This document shows positions 41,223-49,330 of a DNA stretch of 52,036 nt, in pieces. The notes below the pieces were generated by a model that ran no database searches, was not told the origin of the DNA, and was given only the letters and a program-made list of their open reading frames with translations. Location: the sequence record SRR31156797_7637; one strand, 5' to 3'. Within the stretch, counting starts at the first letter, position 1; each line of letters opens with the position of its first letter. The translations under genes were made by a program, and so were the position numbers.

Positions 41223-42364
41223 AAACCAGTTTTTTTGGCTCGGGTAGTATCAATTCTCTTGGCCGCATACTGCCTTCATTAAATGCAGATACAGTTTTCT
41301 TGGTTACTGGTAGGAAATCTTTTGAAAGCTCAGGTGCCAGAGAAAAGCTGATGCCGTTTTTATCCGGCAAGAAGATCCAAATTTATGATGATTTTTCCAT
41401 AAATCCAAAATTAGAGGATGCCTGTAAAGGAATTGAAAAAATTATTGGTAATGGCTCCAAATTGGTAATAGCAATTGGAGGGGGCAGCACCATTGATATG
41501 GCAAAGTTAGTGAATATTCTTTCCTGCCAAAATGCCACCCCATCTGAAATTCTTCTGGGTAAAGTGGAAATTACGAAGAAAGGTAGACCTCTGATCGCAA
41601 TTCCAACGACAGCTGGATCTGGGAGTGAGACAACACACTTTTCTGTAGCCTATGTGGGGGGAAAAAAATATTCACTTTCTCACAAATATATTCTACCGAC
41701 ATATTCTATTGTTGACCCAGAACTGACCTATAACCTACCGGCAAAATTGACTGCTGTTTCTGGTTTTGATGCGCTAAGCCAGGCAGTTGAATCTTTTTGG
41801 TCCACAAGATCAAACCGTTTTAGTAAAGGTTATGCTGCAAGGTCAATAAGGCTGATTATTTCTAATTTTTCAAGGTCTGTGAATGCACCTGATAGAGCTA
41901 GCAGAACGAAAATGGCATTTGCGGCGCATTTAGCGGGGAAAGCGATCGATATAACGACAACTACTGCACCCCATGCCATTTCCTATTCTTTAACAACTAA
42001 TTTCGGCATTCCACATGGACATGCCGTTGCGTTAATATTACCGGCCTTTTTCTCGTTAAACTCTAAGGAGAACAGCAATATTTGTCTTAATGAAAGCCGG
42101 GGGTCAACATACTTAAAAGAAACAATGAATTGCCTGATGTCCTTATTCGGTGCCAGTAATCCTTTGGAATGCAAAAAGAAGTGGTACGAATTGATGGAAA
42201 CTGTTGATCTTGAAACTGATATGAAAAAATTGGGTTTAGATTCTGAAGAAAAAATTAAAAAAGTAGTAAGTGAAGTGAATTATCAGAGGCTGATGAATAA
42301 TCCGGTTTTCTTGAATGAACAGCAGCTAGAAGAAATAATGTTTGAGGTCTTAAGTAGGCAGTAG
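41219..42364 (+). CDS. iron-containing alcohol dehydrogenase; putative phosphonoacetaldehyde reductase
   Basis: GGGSTIDMAK, PTTAGSGSE, DALSQAVES, TTAPHA.SY, IPHGHA; follows pepM-ppd. Confidence 0.88.
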   Translation: MKTSFFGSGSINSLGRILPSLNADTVFLVTGRKSFESSGAREKLMPFLSGKKIQIYDDFSINPKLEDACKGIEKIIGNGSKLVIAIGGGSTIDMAKLVNILSCQNATPSEILLGKVEITKKGRPLIAIPTTAGSGSETTHFSVAYVGGKKYSLSHKYILPTYSIVDPELTYNLPAKLTAVSGFDALSQAVESFWSTRSNRFSKGYAARSIRLIISNFSRSVNAPDRASRTKMAFAAHLAGKAIDITTTTAPHAISYSLTTNFGIPHGHAVALILPAFFSLNSKENSNICLNESRGSTYLKETMNCLMSLFGASNPLECKKKWYELMETVDLETDMKKLGLDSEEKIKKVVSEVNYQRLMNNPVFLNEQQLEEIMFEVLSRQ

Positions 42365-42453
42365 GTATTAAATTTTGCTCGCCCAATTATCGATTTTAAG
42401 AATTAATAATGCAGGACGAGATTTAGATACTGGGGAAATCTGGGAGGGTCATT

Positions 42454-43518
42454 TTGGCTTTTCATATTATTGAAAGCGCTGCGCCGAAATACCTGGCCGC
42501 GTGTGACATTTTGATTGGTGACATGTCTAACATAAACTATGAATTTCTGCTTTTTAATAGGCCCCTTATTCTGATCAGAAATGATTGGGTTAACAAATAT
42601 TTTCCTGATATAGGGATTAAGTCTGAAATTAGTAATCTAGATAAAGCCATATCACGATCTATTGGCAATGCCACCGAATTTGAGGAGCAAAGAAAATTTT
42701 GGCTTGAAAAGACTATTACATTACCGGATCAGGGAGGCTCTTCAAAACTGCTTGATATTCTGCACCAGCGATTTGAAGGGCTGCAATCAACATTTGTGTT
42801 CATAGATGGAAATAATCCTGTTAGAAGGACGAATCTTTTGCCTCTATTTGAAAAGCTAAAGGATAGTGTGAATTCCGTTAACATAGTTCATTCTGAAAAG
42901 GATTTGCCAGAAAAAATACAATCTACAGTCTTTATAGGAGCGCATTGTGCGGACCTAAAGTCAATCCCTTATGGCTATAAAGTACACATAGATCACGACC
43001 TAAAAGGAATTGGCACTGCTAACATCGCACATGCTTTCAGGGAATATAAAAAAAACAATTTTTACCCTGCAATCGATATGCATATTACGGCTGGATTAGC
43101 AGGGGACTTAAGGACCAAATATGTCTTAGGTCCGCTTTCGGAAAGGACAGTCGTAGGGAGTTACCCAAAAGCAGATGATCTCAAAAATCTGAATTGTGAA
43201 GAGAACAAGAAGAGTGTTTTCAAAGAGTTGGGTTTTGATATCTCAAAACCGCTCATAATGTATGCACCAGCGGGTGCCAAGAGTTATATGAAACCCGGCG
43301 GTTCATTATCTCCCATGATTATTGCAGAGTTACGACGTATAGCCTATCAACATGATTTTCAGATTCTAGTCAAAACAAAGGCCAGGACCGAGGATATTTT
43401 GAACAAATATATTATAAGGTACTTTAAGAAAGGTTTTGATCGTTTTCGTAGTTCCTTTTGTGATAACAATGGCGATCATTGGTTAAATATAAAGAAAGTG
43501 GTGCTGGCAAATAGTTGA
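42454..43518 (+). CDS. TagF-like (CDP-glycerol glycerophosphotransferase family) transferase, apparently circularly permuted
   Basis: CDILIGDMSNINYEFLLFNRP, HIDHDLKG, GSYPKADDL, IMYAP motifs; GGAGG RBS 6 nt before TTG. Confidence 0.7.
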   Translation: MAFHIIESAAPKYLAACDILIGDMSNINYEFLLFNRPLILIRNDWVNKYFPDIGIKSEISNLDKAISRSIGNATEFEEQRKFWLEKTITLPDQGGSSKLLDILHQRFEGLQSTFVFIDGNNPVRRTNLLPLFEKLKDSVNSVNIVHSEKDLPEKIQSTVFIGAHCADLKSIPYGYKVHIDHDLKGIGTANIAHAFREYKKNNFYPAIDMHITAGLAGDLRTKYVLGPLSERTVVGSYPKADDLKNLNCEENKKSVFKELGFDISKPLIMYAPAGAKSYMKPGGSLSPMIIAELRRIAYQHDFQILVKTKARTEDILNKYIIRYFKKGFDRFRSSFCDNNGDHWLNIKKVVLANS

Positions 43519-43538
43519 AAAACTGCATTGACTGAAAT

Positions 43539-44669
43539 ATGAGTTCGTACAAAATAAAAAAAGTCTTAATGGCAGAGCGCTCTGACATTTACAGGGACGT
43601 TAGAGTGCAGAAAGAAGCCACTTCGCTGACAAAAGGAAAATACAAAGTCCATGTTTATGGCTTTCGAAGTCGGTGGAGAAAGGAAACAGCCTCATATGCA
43701 TTCGGCTTATTCACACTCCCAGTAATCTCCAGGGAACACAGATTGCTCAGAAACATCACCATGGCTTTGAATATGTTAATAATTAGCATTTTAGTAGTTA
43801 TAAAAAAGGCCGATCTATACCATGCTCATAACACTATGTTTCTTATTGCGATGTATATTTCAAGCAAAATACATAGAGGAAAATTTATATATGACAGCCA
43901 CGAAGTGCAATGGGAGCGGAGCAAAATCGAGGGCCTGCTTGAAAAATATTTTGTAAAAAAAGTCGATAGCATCATTAATGTTTCAGCAGGAAGGGCAAGT
44001 ATTCAAGCAAAACGGTATGAAATTCCGGTTTCAAGAATAACAGTCATTGCAAATTATCCAGTGCTTAATAACCCAACATGTAAGTATGTTCAGAGGGCAT
44101 CGAGGAATCTCCGTTTTATATTCAGTGGGGGATTTACTCTTGATTCAAATCGTTTAGATAGCTTTCTTGTGGCTGTTAAAGAAGTTCCGAATATTACTTT
44201 TTCCTTATTGGCTTTTGGATATGGAAACAGCAAAGAGGAACTTCTCCGCATGATTAAAAAGCATGACTTAAAAGGTAGGGTTCGCTTCTTGCCAATGGTG
44301 ACCTCCGACAAAGTACTCGAGACAATTTCACGCTATGACATGGCTGTAAACTTAATGACGAACAGGAGAAACCTGGTTTCTTTACAATATCCCGCCATAA
44401 ATAAGATGTATGAATATTTGGCAGCGGGATTGCCAATTATCATGTCGGACCTTCCTGCTTTTGTAGAGGAATTTGAGGATGAGGGCGTAGGTATTGTCGT
44501 AAATCCTGATGATGTTAACTCCATAAGAAGTGCGTTGGATTTTGCTTCGAATAACAGGCATGTCTTGGAGGCAATGAAAAAGAAGGCATTGGAACTTTCC
44601 AGAGCTAAATACAATTGGGCAACACAGGAGGAGAAGCTCCTCAGCCTCTATGCGGGTTTGTGTAAGTAA
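43539..44669 (+). CDS. GT4 family glycosyltransferase
   Basis: DVRVQKEA, YHAHN, IYDSHE, NKMYEYLAAGLPII.SD. Confidence 0.88.
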   Translation: MSSYKIKKVLMAERSDIYRDVRVQKEATSLTKGKYKVHVYGFRSRWRKETASYAFGLFTLPVISREHRLLRNITMALNMLIISILVVIKKADLYHAHNTMFLIAMYISSKIHRGKFIYDSHEVQWERSKIEGLLEKYFVKKVDSIINVSAGRASIQAKRYEIPVSRITVIANYPVLNNPTCKYVQRASRNLRFIFSGGFTLDSNRLDSFLVAVKEVPNITFSLLAFGYGNSKEELLRMIKKHDLKGRVRFLPMVTSDKVLETISRYDMAVNLMTNRRNLVSLQYPAINKMYEYLAAGLPIIMSDLPAFVEEFEDEGVGIVVNPDDVNSIRSALDFASNNRHVLEAMKKKALELSRAKYNWATQEEKLLSLYAGLCK

Positions 44670-44710
44670 CTCCGCCAGAGTTGTAATGGCCAAAAACAAT
44701 AGGACTTAAA

Positions 44711-46858
44711 TTGAACCAGCTAACACAAAATAAAAAATCCGGTAATATGGCAATACTCGAAGTCCCCTATCCGGCCCTGGATACTGGTAAGCTTTTAATC
44801 AGAACTCATTATTCGGTGATCAGTGGCGGCACGGAGGGGGCCACCGTCCGGGATGCCAGGCGGGGGTATATTGGAAAAGCCCGTGCCAGACAGAAAGAAG
44901 TTAAACAGGTGGTCCAGTCCGTTCTGGACCAGGGATTGTCCAAGACTTACAAGCGTGTGATGAATAAGCTGGATGCGCCTGCGGCCCTGGGTTACAGCTG
45001 TGCCGGTGAGGTTCTGGCCATTGGTTTGGGCGTGGAGGGATTTCAAATTGGGGATTTCGTCGCCTGTGGGGGCGGTGATGCCGGGCACGCAGAGATCGTG
45101 TCGGTTTCCAGGAATCTCTGCGCCGGGATTCCAGACGGTGTTGATGTCAAACATGCCTCCTTTTCAACCATCGCGGCCATCGCCATGCAGGGGATTCGGC
45201 AGGCGGATTTAAGGCTGGGTGAAAACTGTGTGGTGATTGGATTGGGGTTGATCGGTCAGCTCACCGTTCAGTTGTTAAACGCTGCCGGCGTTTGGTGTGT
45301 TGGCATCGATGTTGATGAGAACCAGGTTACATTGGCGGGGAAATCCGGCGCTTCGCTTGCGTTACTTAGATCAAAACCGGACCTGGTCGAAACGGTTGTG
45401 GGTTTTACAAAAGGGTATGGCGCGGATGCCGTGATCATTACCGCCGGAACCAGTTCCCTGGACCCGGTGGAGTTGGCTGGAAGCCTTTGCCGAAAACGGG
45501 GAAAAGTGGTCATTGTCGGTGCGGTGCCCACCGGATTCAGCAGGCCCAATTACTATAAAAAGGAGTTGGATCTGCGGATGTCCTGCTCTTATGGGCCGGG
45601 CCGGTATGATCCGCTGTATGAAGAAAAGGGTGTGGATTATCCCATCGGTTATGTGCGTTGGACGGAAAACCGGAATATGCAGGCGTACCTTCTGCTTTTA
45701 AAAAACAAGAAGCTGGATATCGACAGCCTTATCACCCATGAATTCGCTTTTGAAAAGGCGCCGGATGCCTATCAGATGATTCTGGATAAGGCAGAACCGT
45801 TCTGCGGGATTGTCCTCAAATACGATCTCGAAAAGCCGATTGAGGAAACCGTTACTTTTAAGGAAGGACAAAGCTATTCTGCAAATGAGCCAACCGTTGG
45901 TTTTGTTGGCGCCGGTTCCTTTGCACAGAATTCCCTGCTGCCGACGGCGTCAAAACACGCCAGAATGCTTGCTGTAGCGACCGCCCACGGCAATAGTGCA
46001 GCCAATGTTGCAAATAAATACGGTTTTGAAATGGGCACTGGAAATGCGGAAGATATATTTTTAAACGACAAAATCAATACGGTTTTCATTGCCACTCGCC
46101 ATAACCTTCATGGGGAATATGTGCTTAAGGCACTGGAAAGTGGAAAAAACGTATTTGTCGAAAAGCCCATTGCGCTAACCATTGAAGAACTGGAAGAGAT
46201 TCGGCAGAAATATGAATCACTGGTTGATGCAGGTAATGCCCCACGTTTGATGCTGGGTTTTAATCGTCGGTTTGCGCCCCAGGTTCAACAGCTCATGAAG
46301 CTGTTTTCCAATGATGCGCCCAAAGCCATCAACTACCGGATCAATGCCGGTATCGTTCCCCCGGATCACTGGGTGCATGATAAGGATGTGGGTGGGGGAC
46401 GAATTATCGGTGAAGTTTGCCATTTTATTGATTTGGCCATGTATATCGCCGGAGCACGTATCAATTCTGTGTCGGCCCATGTCATGCTGGATCCCAAGGA
46501 GCTGTATGACACCCTGGTCGTCAATCTGACTTTTGCCAATGGGAGCATCTCCACCATTTCTTATTTTTCAAACGGTAACAAAAAACTGGAAAAGGAATAC
46601 CTGGAAGTTTTTTCAAATGGGCTGGTGGGCATAGTCGAAGATTTTAAGAAGCTCAAAATTTATTCCGGAAAGCTCACACAATCCAAGCTGCCCAGTCAGG
46701 ATAAGGGGCATGCTGAAGAGGTCAGGCAGTATTTGGAGTGCATCAAAGCTGGGAAGTCGGCGCCCATTTCCTTTGCCGACATCTATCTTTCCAGCCTGGC
46801 GACATTTAAGATTATTGAGTCGATAAAAACCCGCGAGACGATTTCTCTTTTGCAATAA
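44711..46858 (+). CDS. bi-domain oxidoreductase (Zn-ADH/MDR domain + Gfo/Idh/MocA domain)
   Basis: ISGGTE, LGYSCAG, GLGLIG, SYGPGRYD..YE, RWTENRNM; second domain VGAGSFA, FVEKP, GFNRRF, GGGRIIGEVCHFID. Confidence 0.9.
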   Translation: MNQLTQNKKSGNMAILEVPYPALDTGKLLIRTHYSVISGGTEGATVRDARRGYIGKARARQKEVKQVVQSVLDQGLSKTYKRVMNKLDAPAALGYSCAGEVLAIGLGVEGFQIGDFVACGGGDAGHAEIVSVSRNLCAGIPDGVDVKHASFSTIAAIAMQGIRQADLRLGENCVVIGLGLIGQLTVQLLNAAGVWCVGIDVDENQVTLAGKSGASLALLRSKPDLVETVVGFTKGYGADAVIITAGTSSLDPVELAGSLCRKRGKVVIVGAVPTGFSRPNYYKKELDLRMSCSYGPGRYDPLYEEKGVDYPIGYVRWTENRNMQAYLLLLKNKKLDIDSLITHEFAFEKAPDAYQMILDKAEPFCGIVLKYDLEKPIEETVTFKEGQSYSANEPTVGFVGAGSFAQNSLLPTASKHARMLAVATAHGNSAANVANKYGFEMGTGNAEDIFLNDKINTVFIATRHNLHGEYVLKALESGKNVFVEKPIALTIEELEEIRQKYESLVDAGNAPRLMLGFNRRFAPQVQQLMKLFSNDAPKAINYRINAGIVPPDHWVHDKDVGGGRIIGEVCHFIDLAMYIAGARINSVSAHVMLDPKELYDTLVVNLTFANGSISTISYFSNGNKKLEKEYLEVFSNGLVGIVEDFKKLKIYSGKLTQSKLPSQDKGHAEEVRQYLECIKAGKSAPISFADIYLSSLATFKIIESIKTRETISLLQ

Positions 46859-46881
46859 CGCGGATACCCGCAATCAAAATG

Positions 46882-46910
46882 TCTCGCGCAAAGAGGTTTT
46901 CTTTTTTTTG
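46882..46910 (+). repeat. degenerate/truncated family A repeat
   Basis: tctcgcgca-aagaggtttt-cttttttttg resembles the left end plus T-rich spacer of the 51951 copy. Confidence 0.55.
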
Positions 46911-46959
46911 TCACGGAAAACCTTGAAATTATGGGCTAAACCGGTTAAGGAGAACGGTC

Positions 46960-48150
46960 ATGCTCCCTCCTTTTGCGGCAGCCACCTTGTCTCTCGAAAC
47001 CTCACTCAATCTCCTCATAGAGTATATAGAGAAGCACCACTACCGGGGATATGACCCCTACGATGCACTGTTATCTCCTGTTTTTCACCTTCCTTTTATC
47101 AATAGAAACAAGTTACTGCGTTTCGGGTCGCAGCAATTCCTGAAGCGTTTCCCGTTGAACATCAGGCCGTTTCTTCTGCTCCCCAAAGGTCTGAACCCGG
47201 TCTCTCTCGGGTTGTGCATTCAGAGCTATGCCTATTTGAGCCGGGTTTATCCCCAGGAACTGGATGCACTGATCCAAAAGATCAAGGCGCTAACAGAGAG
47301 ACTAAAATCCCTGATACCCTCCGGTTATTCCGGCGCCTGCTGGGGTTATGATTTTGACTGGGAGGCGCGGCATGCCAGGATACCGGCGTTTCAGCCCACG
47401 GTGGTGGCGACGGGCATTATCACCAACGCCCTGTTCACGGCCTGGAGGCTCACGGGGCTAAAGGAGTGCGGGGATTTATGCTTAAGCGCTGCTGAATTTG
47501 TTTTGAGAGACCTTCATCGGACCTGCGATGTCGCCGGCCGTTTATGTTTTTCCTACTCGCCGTTTGATAAGCAACAGGTTTTTAATGCCTCCATGAAAGG
47601 GGCCCGGCTTTTGGCGCAGGTTTGGTCTGAAACGGATCTGCCTGAGCTGAGAGATACCGCCCTGGCTGCTGTTGATTTTGTGGTAAAACAGCAAAGAGAA
47701 GATGGCTCATGGGGGTATTCACTGGCATCCGGTGGCGGATGGTCGGACAATTACCACACGGGGTATGTCCTCGATTGTTTGGAGGAATACATTCTCCTGA
47801 CAGGAGATGGGATGCACCAGCAGTCCCTTGAAAAAGGGTACGCCTTCTACAAAAAGCATTTTGTGACTGAGGAAGGGATTCCGAAATTTTACCATAATTG
47901 TCTTTACCCGGTGGACTGCACGGCTGGAGGTCAAACCCTACTGACCCTGTGCCGGTTTGCCGATATTGAACTGGCTGAAAAGGTGGCTACCTGGATGTGC
48001 GGCCATATGCAGAGTGCCGAGGGGTATTTCTATTTTCGGAAATTGCGTCGATACACCATAAAAACTTCGTTTATGCGTTGGTCCAATGCGTGGATGTTTG
48101 CCGGGCTTGCGTATCTCCTCTACAAAAATACAGAAAAACCTTCCTTATGA
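46960..48150 (+). CDS. conserved glycan-locus protein, alpha/alpha-toroid-like (function unknown)
   Basis: GYDPYDAL, CWGYDFDW, SYSP, NAS, QREDGSW.Y, DNYHTGY, MRWSNAW; repeated Q..DG.W-type helical motifs. Confidence 0.65.
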   Translation: MLPPFAAATLSLETSLNLLIEYIEKHHYRGYDPYDALLSPVFHLPFINRNKLLRFGSQQFLKRFPLNIRPFLLLPKGLNPVSLGLCIQSYAYLSRVYPQELDALIQKIKALTERLKSLIPSGYSGACWGYDFDWEARHARIPAFQPTVVATGIITNALFTAWRLTGLKECGDLCLSAAEFVLRDLHRTCDVAGRLCFSYSPFDKQQVFNASMKGARLLAQVWSETDLPELRDTALAAVDFVVKQQREDGSWGYSLASGGGWSDNYHTGYVLDCLEEYILLTGDGMHQQSLEKGYAFYKKHFVTEEGIPKFYHNCLYPVDCTAGGQTLLTLCRFADIELAEKVATWMCGHMQSAEGYFYFRKLRRYTIKTSFMRWSNAWMFAGLAYLLYKNTEKPSL

Positions 48151-49268
48151 AGTTTCTGATCTATCTGGGCCATCCCGCCCACTTCCATCTCTTCAAACTC
48201 ACCATAAAAAATCTCGAAGGGACAGGACACAGCGTAACGGTCCTCATCAAGAAGAAAGACATCCTTGAGGAGCTTCTTCAGCGATGCGGCATGAATTATG
48301 TTAATATCCTGCCCGAAGGGCGTAAGGACAGCAAGGCAGGTATAGCATTCGGGGTTTTTAAGAGAGATTTGCGGCTTTTTCGCTATTGTCTGGCGAACCG
48401 CCCAGATTTGCTCGCAGGCACTTCAACGGAAATTGGGCATGTGGGCACGCTCCTGAGAATACCGTCCGTTAACGTGAATGAGGATGATGCGGATGTGGTG
48501 CCCTTGTACAGCAAGCTTAGCTACCCTTGGTGCAGCCATATCCTGTCTCCCAGAGTATGCGATAACGGCAAATGGGAGAATAAGTCAATCAATTATGAAG
48601 GGTACCATGAGCTGGCCTATTTGCACCCATGCCATTTCACCCCCTCTCGCGAGATCGTTGAATCAATTCTGGGAACAAACGGTCCATTTTTTCTATTGAG
48701 ATTTGCCAGACTAGCTGCGCACCACGATGCAGGGGTGAATGGCATTAACAATGCCCTTGCCGGCAAAATTATCGATATCCTCTCTCCAAAGGGTCAGGTG
48801 TTCATCAGTTCAGAAAGGGAGCTGCCTCATAACCTGGAAACCTACGGCATCAGGATAAACCCGGTGGATATCCATCATGTAATGGCCTTTTCCCAATTGT
48901 ATATCGGAGACAGCCAGACCATGGCGGCTGAGGCTGGGGTATTGGGGACCCCGTTTGTGCGGTTCAATGATTTTGTCGGCAGGATTGGCTACCTGAATGA
49001 ACTGGAGAACAAATACCGGCTGGGATATGGAATAAAGCCCAACAATCCTGAAGCGCTCTTTTCTACCATTGCGGATCTGGTAAATATAGAAAACCTGAAG
49101 GCCGTCTTTGCTGAAAGGAGGAAGGCGATGTTGCGCGATAATATAGACGTGGCACAATTCATGACTTGGTTTCTGGAGAATTATCCGGAAAGTGTGAGGG
49201 TCATGCGGGAAGATCCGGATTATCAGTATCGGTTCCGGTCTGCGGATTACGCAGAAGACATAAATTAG
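48147..49268 (+). CDS. DUF354-like GT-B-fold protein
   Basis: HPAHFHLFK, GYHELAYL, AAHHD, GDSQTMAAEAGVLGTP; ATGA overlap with the upstream stop. Confidence 0.8.
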   Translation: MKFLIYLGHPAHFHLFKLTIKNLEGTGHSVTVLIKKKDILEELLQRCGMNYVNILPEGRKDSKAGIAFGVFKRDLRLFRYCLANRPDLLAGTSTEIGHVGTLLRIPSVNVNEDDADVVPLYSKLSYPWCSHILSPRVCDNGKWENKSINYEGYHELAYLHPCHFTPSREIVESILGTNGPFFLLRFARLAAHHDAGVNGINNALAGKIIDILSPKGQVFISSERELPHNLETYGIRINPVDIHHVMAFSQLYIGDSQTMAAEAGVLGTPFVRFNDFVGRIGYLNELENKYRLGYGIKPNNPEALFSTIADLVNIENLKAVFAERRKAMLRDNIDVAQFMTWFLENYPESVRVMREDPDYQYRFRSADYAEDIN

Positions 49269-49277
49269 GTGTAGGTG

Positions 49278-49305
49278 TCTCGTGCAGAGACGCAGAGGGA
49301 TGAGG
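49278..49305 (+). repeat. solo left arm of family A repeat
   Basis: tctc-gtgcagag-acgcagag-ggatgagg, about 10 nt after the DUF354 stop. Confidence 0.7.
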
Positions 49306-49330
49306 ATCAGGATTGATTGCTTCATAAACA

